A DNA stretch of 64,000 nt from an uncultured Magnetococcales bacterium (GTDB lineage: Bacteria > Pseudomonadota > Alphaproteobacteria > UBA2136 > JAPKEQ01), in the NCBI GenBank assembly GCA_964015495.1, contig CAXHDG010000011.1, forward strand, positions 650 through 64,649, read 5' to 3'. Shown here one piece after another: positions 8,848 to 17,748 of the stretch; the stretch's first letter is position 1; every line of letters begins with the position of its first letter. Under the pieces are notes generated by a model. That model was not told where the DNA came from. It worked only from the letters and a program-made list of their open reading frames with translations, and did not search any database. A program made the position numbers and the translations under genes.

Positions 8848-9624
8848 ATGTTGATGCTTCTCTCTCCATCTAAGACTTTAGATTATGACCGCGCTCTACC
8901 AGCGCATACACCAACGCGCCCTGAATTCAGGGATGAATCTTTTGAACTTGTAGATGTTATGAAAAAACACTCTGTTTCTGATATCAAGAACTTAATGAAA
9001 CTTTCTGATAATCTAGCTGAACTAAATCATGCACGCTATCAAGGTTTTGAATCTCTCTTTACAACAGAGAACTCTCGCGCGGCACTTTTTGCTTTTAAGG
9101 GAGATGTTTACGATAACATGGATAGCGTAAACTATACGCCATCACAGCTAGACTTTGCACAAAAGCACCTCCGCATTTTGAGCGGCCTTTACGGCATGCT
9201 TCGTCCGCTTGACCTGATGCAGCCGTATCGCCTTGAAATGGGCACAAAGCTGAAAAATGAAAAAGGTGAAAACCTTTATGATTTCTGGAAGGACACGCTA
9301 ACAGAGAAGCTCAACCAAGAAATTATGTCTCTTGAGGGTGGGTTTGTGCTGAACCTTGCGTCTGGAGAGTACTTTAAGGCGATTGATGTGAAAAAGCTGC
9401 GCCGTCCTTTGATTAACGTACATTTTAAGCAAATTAAAAATGGTGAAATGAAAACGATTGGCCTTATGGCGAAACGTGCGCGCGGCGCTTTTGCTGACTG
9501 GGTAATTAAAAGCGGCATTAAGAGAGAAGGGGCGCTTAGCTCTTTTAAAGAGCAAGGTTATGTATTCATGCCTGACCTTTCTGATGATACAAACCTTACA
9601 TTTATTCTAGATATGGACGCTTAA
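8848..9624 (+). CDS. yaaA: Peroxide-stress protein YaaA (UPF0246/DUF328)
   Basis: MLMLLSPSKTLDYD..., FKGDVY, LRILSGLYGMLRPLDLMQPYRLEMG and NLASGEYFKAI are all highly characteristic of YaaA. Confidence 0.85.
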   Translation: MLMLLSPSKTLDYDRALPAHTPTRPEFRDESFELVDVMKKHSVSDIKNLMKLSDNLAELNHARYQGFESLFTTENSRAALFAFKGDVYDNMDSVNYTPSQLDFAQKHLRILSGLYGMLRPLDLMQPYRLEMGTKLKNEKGENLYDFWKDTLTEKLNQEIMSLEGGFVLNLASGEYFKAIDVKKLRRPLINVHFKQIKNGEMKTIGLMAKRARGAFADWVIKSGIKREGALSSFKEQGYVFMPDLSDDTNLTFILDMDA

Positions 9625-10268
9625 TGGCACTTAAAATACCACGCCGTAAATTTGATTACACAGAACGTAAAATTCACTATATGGATGGCCGCAAGTGCAT
9701 TCGCAGTGTGCGCATGCCAAGCTTTGTGCCTATTATTCCTGGCTGGCCAAGGGTTGTAGATGATAAATGGCAATCTCTTCCTATTCAGGAACTTTTAAAA
9801 CAGCGAGAATCTCAGGTGCTGGAGTTTAAAAGCTCACTGGCTTGGGGCGTGAATGAAAACAAACCTAATAAGCATATCCGTAAAGCGCCGCCGCGGGCAA
9901 TTGCCTCATTCATGAATGCAGATGGTGGTGTTTTACTTGTAGGTGTGGAAGATAACAAAAACGTCTTTGGCCTTGAAAAAGATTATGGGCTATTAAATGG
10001 AGATGAAGAAGCCTTTAAGGCTGAACTTTTAAAGTTGTGCAGTGATTGTTTGGATACTTTTGATCCGCGCCTTTTAAAAATTAAATTTGTTAAGGTTGAA
10101 GGTAAGTCAGTCTGTGTTGTGGCAGTGAGGCCAAGTCCTCATCCGGTGTTTATGGTATGGAGAAATGATAGGCCTAAGCTCTATGTCCGATTTTCGAACA
10201 CATCACAAACTCTTACAACAGTACAAGAAAAATCTTATATTAAAGCTCATTTTGCAACAGAGGTTTGA
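9624..10268 (+). CDS. AlbA_2 / Schlafen-like (divergent AAA-4) putative nucleic-acid-binding protein
   Basis: ESQVLEFKSSLAWGVNENKP...ADGGVLLVGVEDNKNVFGL matches the AlbA_2 core. The start ATG overlaps the yaaA stop (taATG). Confidence 0.5.
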   Translation: MALKIPRRKFDYTERKIHYMDGRKCIRSVRMPSFVPIIPGWPRVVDDKWQSLPIQELLKQRESQVLEFKSSLAWGVNENKPNKHIRKAPPRAIASFMNADGGVLLVGVEDNKNVFGLEKDYGLLNGDEEAFKAELLKLCSDCLDTFDPRLLKIKFVKVEGKSVCVVAVRPSPHPVFMVWRNDRPKLYVRFSNTSQTLTTVQEKSYIKAHFATEV

Positions 10269-10366
10269 TACAAAAGAGAATATGCCTCTTTTAAAATGTC
10301 AGATTTTTGTCGAAATCCTTATAGGAAAGCGCATAAGATAGTGGTATGACGTTTAGGTAAATAATA

Positions 10367-10699
10367 TTGAATAAAGAGAGTGCTATGCAAACAGCAACTT
10401 TTAGCGATGAACTAATTTATTACACTGACCCGCAGTCTCGGGAAGAAGAAATTCGCTTTTCCCATTCTTTGCGCTGTGAAATTCGTGTTACTATTTGTGA
10501 GACGAAGGAAAATAATGTTGGGTGGAAAATTAATATGCACGGTAATCCACGCATTATTGAAGCTTTTAAAAGAGAAGTGTTTTACCATACTGTAGAGTAT
10601 TTAGAGCGCCGCCTTCGTAAAAAAGTGAACCGTATTAATTACAGTGATATTGAAAAGCTAGCAAATGCGCAGCTTATTCGCACAGTTTCAAGGTTTTAA
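10367..10699 (+). CDS. Hypothetical protein (110 aa)
   Basis: ORF only. No motif recognised. Confidence 0.35.
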   Translation: MNKESAMQTATFSDELIYYTDPQSREEEIRFSHSLRCEIRVTICETKENNVGWKINMHGNPRIIEAFKREVFYHTVEYLERRLRKKVNRINYSDIEKLANAQLIRTVSRF

Positions 10700-10736
10700 C
10701 CTTTAGACCCGTATAAGAAAGAACAAAAAAAACATA

Positions 10737-11204
10737 ATGGCAAAGCCGCAAAACCATAATGATATTAACTTAATTAAATCTATTCTCGGTAAGGGGACAG
10801 ATCTTATTGAAGTGGCAAATACAGCAGATAGCGTATTTGATATTGCGAATCTTATTTTTAATAAGCACGCGAGTGCAGTTCTTGTACGTGCAAACTCTAA
10901 TAAGGCCATGGGTATTATTACAGAGTACGATGTGATTCATGCCATTCGTAAGCATGGTGAAGGCATTATGAGCATGAAAGCTGGCGATGTTATGGCAGTA
11001 GATCTTGTGTGTTGCCGCCCTAGTGACACGCTAGAAGAGGCGCTTAGAGCAATGAACTTGCATAAGATTCGTTGTTTGCCTGTGGTCAGTGAAAGCGGAA
11101 ATCTTGAAGGTTTTGTGAATATTAATGATGTTGTACGCGGACAGATGAAAACAATCATTGATGCTTGGCAATCTAAAAAAGATACGAAGACAAAAGCCTC
11201 TTAA
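10737..11204 (+). CDS. CBS-pair domain protein (155 aa), a paralogue of 1380..1784
   Basis: Two CBS motifs (MGIITEYDVIHAIRK; IRCLPVVSESGNLEGFVNINDVV). Confidence 0.65.
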   Translation: MAKPQNHNDINLIKSILGKGTDLIEVANTADSVFDIANLIFNKHASAVLVRANSNKAMGIITEYDVIHAIRKHGEGIMSMKAGDVMAVDLVCCRPSDTLEEALRAMNLHKIRCLPVVSESGNLEGFVNINDVVRGQMKTIIDAWQSKKDTKTKAS

Positions 11205-11239
11205 GGTTTTGTAGTACATACAAGTTAGAGAAAAGTGAT

Positions 11240-11268
11240 TTGCCCCCCTTGACGGGGGCTTTCTTGTG
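11240..11268 (+). terminator. Rho-independent terminator
   Basis: gcccccc-ttgac-gggggc hairpin followed by tttcttgt. Confidence 0.55.
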
Positions 11269-11415
11269 CCCCATATGTTGTTGGTTAATGAAACCTTATC
11301 TTTCCTTTAATTCTAGCCCATGGGTCTGCTCCTATGGTTCCTAAATAAACTGTCACTGAAGTATTCTTTATGCCACTCAGTAAAGAGTGCTTCCTTAAAA
11401 GAAAAGGATATCAAC

Positions 11416-12285
11416 ATGGTTAAACTTGTTGATAGATCGGTTAGCGTTATTCATGGTTTTAAAGCAGGCCAGCCTAAGCTGGACTGCGGAGATCGTGCTG
11501 ATGCAACCGAGGATATGCTGATGGTGTTTGATGGTGCTTCTAGCACCGATGACGCTCCACGCTTCCAAGATAATCGTTTTTCAGCAGGCACGTACGCTGC
11601 CAAAGTTTGTGAGCTTGCTGTTGAAGTTGCCATTTTGGGAAGCGGAGAAGGTTCAGCAGCCGATTTACTTTGCGAAGCTAACAAGCTCATTGCCTCACGT
11701 ACACCTAAGGGGCTGCCCAAGCATCACTTGCCTATGGCGGCAGGTGCTCTTGTTCGGGTCCATGACGATGAAACCTATACTTGGGCTATTGCTGGGGATT
11801 GCCAAATTATTGTTTATGACAATGATGGCAACGTTGACGTGTTGCGCAAGCACATTGCAGGCACACGCTTTGAGGCTGAACGCAAAACTATCCGTGAAGA
11901 GCTTGAGCGCAAAGAAGGTCGCTCACTTGATATCAATCACCCCGTTCTGAAAGAGTTGTATGAAAAGCGTGTTTCACAACACAATGTTTCTTTCCCTGTT
12001 CTTAACGGTGAAAAAAGCTTTGAAAGCTTCATGCAATCCTCTGAATGGTCAGGTGAAGGACATATGAAAGATGTTGCTGGCTTTATTGTCTTCACAGATG
12101 GTGCAGCTTGGCCGTATGACACAAGTCCTCAAGATGTGGATGCTATTGCAACCAGCATCATTGATGAAGGCGTTGACAGCTACTTGGAAGAACTCCTTAG
12201 AGAGCTGCGCCGCAAACCAGACCATGATGATCTTGCGATTGTCATTGGTTCAGTGGTTCATCCTTCTGATCCTTGCGGATCATAA
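11416..12285 (+). CDS. PP2C-like Ser/Thr phosphatase-family protein, degenerate (~289 aa)
   Basis: PP2C-like motif pattern: VFDGASS in place of DGHGG, AIAGDCQIIVY close to GDSR, FTDGAAW close to SDGL. Start chosen at MVKLVDRS after an RBS. Confidence 0.4.
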   Translation: MVKLVDRSVSVIHGFKAGQPKLDCGDRADATEDMLMVFDGASSTDDAPRFQDNRFSAGTYAAKVCELAVEVAILGSGEGSAADLLCEANKLIASRTPKGLPKHHLPMAAGALVRVHDDETYTWAIAGDCQIIVYDNDGNVDVLRKHIAGTRFEAERKTIREELERKEGRSLDINHPVLKELYEKRVSQHNVSFPVLNGEKSFESFMQSSEWSGEGHMKDVAGFIVFTDGAAWPYDTSPQDVDAIATSIIDEGVDSYLEELLRELRRKPDHDDLAIVIGSVVHPSDPCGS

Positions 12286-12442
12286 ACACAAAAACGAAGC
12301 ATAACACCCTCCAGAAATGGAGGGTGTTATGCGTTTAAGCAGGCTTTACTGCTTTTTACATGTATTTTTAATGACAAGTAGAGCCCGCTTAAATTTACTA
12401 AAAAATCTTGTGAGAGCGCATTAAATCCCTCATTATAAATTT

Positions 12443-12820
12443 ATGAAATATGTAATGACTTTTTTTATCACTCTTTCTCTTTCTGGCTGTGCTATGCAGC
12501 AAGCACTTTACGAGGCACAGCTTAAAAACTGGAAAGGTAAGCATAGCGAAGAACTTCTTATGGCGTGGGGGCGTCCTGCCATGGTGCAGCCTTTTGCAAA
12601 GGATAGAGAGGTTTACCTTTATCAGTATAACCGTACAACTAAAAAGCCAGGCGAGCAGGGATATATTTCTTATAAGAATATAGACGGTACTATGCAGCCT
12701 GTGCGTCATGGTCATAAACAACCAAGGCTAAGAAGTGAGCGTTGTGAATATCGATTTGTTATTCTGCCAAATGGCCTTATTGAAAGTGTGCGTTGGCGCG
12801 GTAATGGCTGTACAGCTTAA
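12443..12820 (+). CDS. Lipoprotein (125 aa)
   Basis: Lipobox LSLSGC after a hydrophobic N-terminus. Confidence 0.5.
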   Translation: MKYVMTFFITLSLSGCAMQQALYEAQLKNWKGKHSEELLMAWGRPAMVQPFAKDREVYLYQYNRTTKKPGEQGYISYKNIDGTMQPVRHGHKQPRLRSERCEYRFVILPNGLIESVRWRGNGCTA

Positions 12821-12844
12821 TTTTTATGCAAAAAATAAGCCTCT

Positions 12845-13246
12845 TTATTCTTTAATTTCCTTTAGATCAGGAGCCTGAAAGCCAAAGCAGCAAAACATAC
12901 CATTTCCTTTTGGTGAAAACGCTGGAAGTTCATTTATTTCACGCATAGAAAGCTTTTCACCGCGCTGGCAACGTTTCATAATGGCTTGGTAGGCATCAAG
13001 AATAGGGCTAAAGTTTTTTTGTGCTATTTGGCAATTATATTTAGCCATGGTGCATCCCTTGGCAATTTTTTCTTTGTTTGCTATAGCTTTTGCCCAGCCT
13101 TTTTGAGCTTTATGCTCTAAGCGTTTGCATGGGTCCATAAGCTGAATATCTGTCACCATCGCGTGGCGTTCTTCTGTATGTTTAGGATCATCAGCAAGCG
13201 CTGGAAGCGAACTAAATATCATTAAAGCAGAAAGCAACATGTGCAT
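12845..13246 (-). CDS. Secreted Cys-rich hypothetical protein (133 aa)
   Basis: Signal peptide MHMLLSALMIFSSLPALA. Several Cys pairs. Confidence 0.4.
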   Translation of the reverse strand: MHMLLSALMIFSSLPALADDPKHTEERHAMVTDIQLMDPCKRLEHKAQKGWAKAIANKEKIAKGCTMAKYNCQIAQKNFSPILDAYQAIMKRCQRGEKLSMREINELPAFSPKGNGMFCCFGFQAPDLKEIKE

Positions 13247-13325
13247 ATTTAAGGCCCATTCTTTATATTTTTTTATAGGATTACATAAAAAACCGCCCCA
13301 TTCAAGGGGCGGTCTGTATTTCGAT

Positions 13326-13916
13326 TTAATTTGGAACAGGAAGCTCCTTCGGCATAGACTGAGATGCCAGAATCACCTGCTGCATTTTGGAGCCCATGGT
13401 ATGTTTTTGCTCTGTGGTTTCTACTAGAAACCCAGTACCTAGAAGAAATTTTAAGGCATTTTCTTCAGCATGAGACATACGGTAAGCCAGCCTTTTTCCG
13501 CTCAGGGTATCTACAAAAGCAGCACGGCGGCTGTTTTTAAAAATGCTGAGGTTTTCACTATGCAAACCATTAAGAATCATCACATAAGCAGGCACATCTC
13601 GGCGTCCTTTGGGGCAAAGAGCAAGAATGCGATCAAGGTGAACCACAATGTTGTGGTAGGTAAAGTTCATGTAGTGAGAGCGGTCTGTAATACTGGCAAA
13701 GCCTTTTTCAATAAGGCTCTTCAGTCCGCGGATATGACCTTCTTGCATATCCATAAAATCAGTGTTGCCCATACCTGCGTAAAAACTCCACACAAACTCA
13801 GCATGTTGATAGGGGTTTTCATCGGCAATAGTGGCATGAGGAAGAGAGGGGGACGGTTTTTTGTTGGTTTGGCGGTGATAAAGCACCATAAAATCGCGTT
13901 CGTCAGGTGTGAACAT
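13326..13916 (-). CDS. Divergent lysozyme-like (GH24-related) protein without a signal peptide (~196 aa)
   Basis: Its N-terminus MFTPDERDFMVLYHRQ matches the VTPDERDFVARFEHRQ segment of the secreted lysozyme-like protein at 15525..16370. Its C-terminal region (...YVMILNGLHSENLSIFKNS...HAEENALKFLLG) resembles the GH24 C-terminal block. Confidence 0.4.
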   Translation of the reverse strand: MFTPDERDFMVLYHRQTNKKPSPSLPHATIADENPYQHAEFVWSFYAGMGNTDFMDMQEGHIRGLKSLIEKGFASITDRSHYMNFTYHNIVVHLDRILALCPKGRRDVPAYVMILNGLHSENLSIFKNSRRAAFVDTLSGKRLAYRMSHAEENALKFLLGTGFLVETTEQKHTMGSKMQQVILASQSMPKELPVPN

Positions 13917-14038
13917 GTGTTTAATCTCCGTATAAAGGATAAAAAGGGAAGGGAGAGGGTTGATAGAAAAAGTTATACGCCCCTCATTTTCTGCCTGCAA
14001 CAAAAAAAGGCAGGGATAAACCCGCCTTTTTGAATCGT

Positions 14039-14656
14039 TTAAGTGCCCCATCCTGTATAGGGAGGGATTTTAGTTGTATCTGGATTCACATCCGCAAGAC
14101 GAATGTTATGGAAAGATTGCTCTTTTGGGCTTTCAACAAAAACGCCAGCTTGAATCAAGCTCTTTACGCCCTTCATTTCCTGTTGCGTCATGGGTTTAAA
14201 ATCCACATGACCGGCGCCAGAGTTAGTTAACCAGCAGTACTCTGTGAGTCGTTTATGCTGCTCTGGGTTTAAAACATGTTGAATGCCTAGCGGACCAAAA
14301 TTCCATTCTGGAATATGCAGATGTTTTTGCAAAACCAGTTGCTCGTACATATCAAAGCTTTTAGCAAGCTCTTCGCTATAAAGCATTTCTGGCGGTGTTT
14401 GTTGATTGGATGATGCGACTGAAACCAGTGTACCCAGCGGAAACTTATCCGACTGGTAAATGTCACTCAGCACGCGTTCCATTGTACCAAGGTTCAGGCT
14501 TTGCCGCACATACCGGCTTTCACTTGTGCCAATAAGCATGGGTTCTTCAAGGCCATCATACATGACATAGGCAAAGCCGACACTGCAGATATAAACGGCG
14601 GCATCAGGGTTTGCAATCAGGCTATCAACAGCAAGGTTTGCAGGAAGGTTTGTCAT
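14039..14656 (-). CDS. Hypothetical protein (~205 aa)
   Basis: ORF only, followed on the - strand by a terminator at about 14010-14035. Confidence 0.4.
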   Translation of the reverse strand: MTNLPANLAVDSLIANPDAAVYICSVGFAYVMYDGLEEPMLIGTSESRYVRQSLNLGTMERVLSDIYQSDKFPLGTLVSVASSNQQTPPEMLYSEELAKSFDMYEQLVLQKHLHIPEWNFGPLGIQHVLNPEQHKRLTEYCWLTNSGAGHVDFKPMTQQEMKGVKSLIQAGVFVESPKEQSFHNIRLADVNPDTTKIPPYTGWGT

Positions 14657-14729
14657 AGTTATCTCCATAGAAAAAGGAAAGAGTGGGTAAGTGATGCCTT
14701 CTTATAAAGGGAAGGGGCGTCATGCACAA

Positions 14730-14775
14730 CAAAAAAAGAGGGCACCGTTAAGTGCCCTCTAAAATGTTTTTTTCG
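14730..14775. terminator. Bidirectional Rho-independent terminator
   Basis: agagggcac-cgttaa-gtgccctct hairpin flanked by an A-run and a T-run. Confidence 0.6.
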
Positions 14776-14777
14776 AT

Positions 14778-15266
14778 TTATTCGCCAGCGCCAGCTTCAG
14801 CAATGGCCTTGCGGATTGCAAAATCCTGAGCCAAATTGTCTGGCCGCGCTTGTGGGCGCTTTGAAGTGACTGGCGCAAGCTCTGTCCAAGGGCGTGCCTT
14901 GGGGAACAACGATGTTGTAACAGCAGGGCTTTCAGTCACCTTGCGGGTGAAAGTCTCACCGCCAGATTCCTTGCCATCCACGTCTTCAGCGGCAGCATTC
15001 CAAATGGTGAAAGAAGACAGGTAAGCACCTGCTTTGTTCATGTTGTTGGTTGCTGTCATCCGCAGTTTGCGGCCTTCGCGGTCAGCCCAAGTGCCAACGC
15101 GATCTCTCACGTCGTACTGGTTGTCAAAGCTTTCCAGCATGCCGGCGTAATACGCAGGCGTTTGGGTAATCGGGAGCATTTCTCCTTTGTTAAGGAGTGT
15201 GCCGATTTGTGCCCAGCAAAAAGCAAGGACAACGGCGCCGATTGCGAAGATACGTACAGTTTTCAT
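14778..15266 (-). CDS. Secreted protein with a C-terminal Arg-Pro motif region (162 aa)
   Basis: Signal peptide MKTVRIFAIGAVVLAFCWA. The C-terminus VTTSLFPKARP...RPQARPDNL is shared with the N-terminal region of the 17746..19563 protein. Confidence 0.5.
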   Translation of the reverse strand: MKTVRIFAIGAVVLAFCWAQIGTLLNKGEMLPITQTPAYYAGMLESFDNQYDVRDRVGTWADREGRKLRMTATNNMNKAGAYLSSFTIWNAAAEDVDGKESGGETFTRKVTESPAVTTSLFPKARPWTELAPVTSKRPQARPDNLAQDFAIRKAIAEAGAGE

Positions 15267-15524
15267 CTTTAGGTTTTCCTTTTACGCGATGAAAGTATAA
15301 ACACACCAGAACGGTGCAACGAATCCTGCCTCAAGACAGGTGTAAAGCGGTACGGTAGATTTGCCATTCAGGCAATTGTTAAATTTACCGAACAGCTTAT
15401 CCCTTACTTATAGGGCATAATATAAGTTTTTCCAGAATTAAAAAATGACTTGCTGGCAGAAATATCCGTATATACACTTATTTTAACAATTGAATCTGTG
15501 GTTTCTTTTACCAGGAGTTTAGCA

Positions 15525-16370
15525 ATGAAAGCTGCCTTAACTGCTGTTTTCCTGATGTTTTCTTTGTTTCTGCAATCTGCAAATGCTACGCCGCTTTACT
15601 ACCATTTTAATACCCTTTGGCTGCAACAAAATATGCCAGAGTATTCTGCATACCAGCTAGAACGCTACGGCCGGACGCTACTTCCAAATTACAATGTAAC
15701 GCCAGACGAGCGTGATTTTGTGGCAAGGTTTGAGCACCGCCAGCTGTTGAAACGGTGCGCTGCTGCACCTATTACAACACGCGTTCATCCGCATTATCCG
15801 GGTTTTAAAAGTGGCTGTACCCATGGTTTTGGCTACGATATGGGCGTGCGGCGTCAGTCTCGCACCTACCGCGACCTGCAAACTGTACTGCGTGCTGACC
15901 GTGCAAAATTTTGCGCAAAAGCCTACAGCACAAGCCCGCTAGAAAGCTTGTACGCAAAACGCAGAAAAAAGGCCTTAAATTATTGTCCTCTTTCTCATGA
16001 AGATGATGTCTGTTCTCTCAATTGTGCGCAGTCTTTTAATTTGCTAGATCAGCAAATTGAAAAGGCCAAAAGGCGTATTTTAGAGAGAGCACGTAAGGAC
16101 GGCATTGTGTTAAGTACACAGCAACTGCAAGCGCTCATCTCGTTGGATTATAATAATCCTGTGTTTGTAAGCGGTTCAACTAAGCTTTGGCGCTACCTTG
16201 CGCAAGAAGACCATGAGCAAGTGGCTCGTCAAATTTTGCGTAATAGCGGAAGCCAAAAAGTAAGGCTTTTGCAAAATAGGCGTAATCGGGAAGCTTTGGT
16301 CTATCTGCTTGGATCTGGCTACGAATACACCGAAGCAAGGCGCATTGTTAAGCGGCATAAGCGATATTAA
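15525..16370 (+). CDS. Secreted phage-type lysozyme family protein (GH24-like), ~281 aa
   Basis: Signal peptide MKAALTAVFLMFSLFLQSANA behind RBS aggag. CTHGFGYD resembles TIGVGH. The C-terminal LQALISLDYNNPVFVSGSTKLWRYL...LLQNRRNREALVYL aligns by eye to P22/lambdoid lysozyme (YDALCSLIFNIGKSAFAGSTVLRQL...LPRRRRERALFL). Confidence 0.6.
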   Translation: MKAALTAVFLMFSLFLQSANATPLYYHFNTLWLQQNMPEYSAYQLERYGRTLLPNYNVTPDERDFVARFEHRQLLKRCAAAPITTRVHPHYPGFKSGCTHGFGYDMGVRRQSRTYRDLQTVLRADRAKFCAKAYSTSPLESLYAKRRKKALNYCPLSHEDDVCSLNCAQSFNLLDQQIEKAKRRILERARKDGIVLSTQQLQALISLDYNNPVFVSGSTKLWRYLAQEDHEQVARQILRNSGSQKVRLLQNRRNREALVYLLGSGYEYTEARRIVKRHKRY

Positions 16371-16372
16371 AA

Positions 16373-16402
16373 GAGCAAGGTTAACCCCTTGCTCTTTTTT
16401 TT
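16373..16402 (+). terminator. Rho-independent terminator
   Basis: agagcaagg-ttaacc-ccttgctct hairpin followed by tttttttt. Confidence 0.7.
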
Positions 16403-16537
16403 CGTGCAAAGAGAGCAGGGAAGGCGTAGAATATAATTCCGTAAGAAGGTATGTATATATGAGCAGCCGAGTGCGGATTTTTTATTTTAGCGGCATGTAT
16501 CTATAAACAAAACTTTCCTAAATAATAACCAATAAAT

Positions 16538-17686
16538 ATGGAATATACGCACATGCATTACGCAAAAGTAGAATACATCTGGCTAGATGGTGGTAAAACG
16601 CAAGAGCCTCGTTCAAAAACTAAAATTGTCCCAACTGAAAAAGAATTAACACTATCTGACCTTGAGCAGTGGAGTTTTGATGGATCATCCACAATGCAAG
16701 CGGGCGGCACAGATTCGGATTGCCTTATTGAGCCTGTGTGCTTGGTGGAAGACCCAATCCGCGGCCCTGGCAATTACCTTGCTTTATGTGAAGTTTTAAA
16801 CGCAGATGGTACGCCCCATGACACAAACCACCGCGCGCGCCTTCGTGCACTTATGGATATGGGCGGCGATGCACAAGATGCTTATGTTGGTTATGAGCAA
16901 GAGTACACGCTTTATAAAGATGGCCGCCCGCTGGGCTGGCCTACAAATGGTTACCCTGCGCCGCAAGGGCAGTACTACTGCGGCGTTGGTAGCAGTAATG
17001 TATTTGGCCGTGAGCTTGCGGAAGACCATATGGTCGCTTGTATGGAAGCAAACCTTTGCTTTTACGGCATTAACGCAGAAGTTATGCCAGGGCAGTGGGA
17101 GTTTCAAATTGGTTACCGCGGCGTAAAAAGTGAAAAAGCTGATCCATTAACGATGAGTGATCACCTCTGGATTGCCCGCTGGATGCTTTACCGCCTTGCA
17201 GAGCTAGAAGGCGTAACCGTAACATTTGATAACAAGCCAGAAAAGGGCGACTGGAATGGCGCTGGGCTGCACACCAACTTTTCAACAAAAGGTATGCGCG
17301 ATGAGAAAAAAGGCTGGGCAACCATTGAGGCTGCCTGCGAAGCACTTAAAAAACGCCATAAGCTGCATGTTGACCATTATGGCGAAGGCCTTGGAGAGCG
17401 GCTTATTGGCGCACTCGAAACAAGCTCTATGACTAAGTTTAACTGGGGAACGGCTAACCGTACAACGTCCATTCGTATTCCGCGCCCAGTGGCAACAAAG
17501 GGCTATGGCTATATGGAAGACCGCCGCCCAGGCGCAAACGCAGATCCGTATGTTATCTCTAACCGCTTGCTGGAAACCACTGTTATGGGCTTTGAAGGTA
17601 AAGAGACCATTGATACATGGATTAAAGCTGGAAAAGTAACGCTGATGGCGCCAGGCGCAGGTAAGGTAAAGCTAAAAGTTGCTTAA
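16538..17686 (+). CDS. glnII: Glutamine synthetase type II (eukaryote-like GSII)
   Basis: VEYIWLDG start typical of GSII. The size fits GSII (the ORF is 382 aa; about 340-380 aa is typical). Conserved GS catalytic-domain segments (NWGTANRTTSIRIP, MEDRRPGANADPY). Confidence 0.8.
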   Translation: MEYTHMHYAKVEYIWLDGGKTQEPRSKTKIVPTEKELTLSDLEQWSFDGSSTMQAGGTDSDCLIEPVCLVEDPIRGPGNYLALCEVLNADGTPHDTNHRARLRALMDMGGDAQDAYVGYEQEYTLYKDGRPLGWPTNGYPAPQGQYYCGVGSSNVFGRELAEDHMVACMEANLCFYGINAEVMPGQWEFQIGYRGVKSEKADPLTMSDHLWIARWMLYRLAELEGVTVTFDNKPEKGDWNGAGLHTNFSTKGMRDEKKGWATIEAACEALKKRHKLHVDHYGEGLGERLIGALETSSMTKFNWGTANRTTSIRIPRPVATKGYGYMEDRRPGANADPYVISNRLLETTVMGFEGKETIDTWIKAGKVTLMAPGAGKVKLKVA

Positions 17687-17705
17687 TTTAGCACTTTTAA
17701 ATAGC

Positions 17706-17748
17706 TGAAAATATAAAAACGCCCGTATGTTTGTACGGGCGTTTTTTA
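17706..17748. terminator. Bidirectional Rho-independent terminator between glnII and 17746 (-)
   Basis: aaaaacgcccgta-tgtttg-tacgggcgtttttt. Confidence 0.7.
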
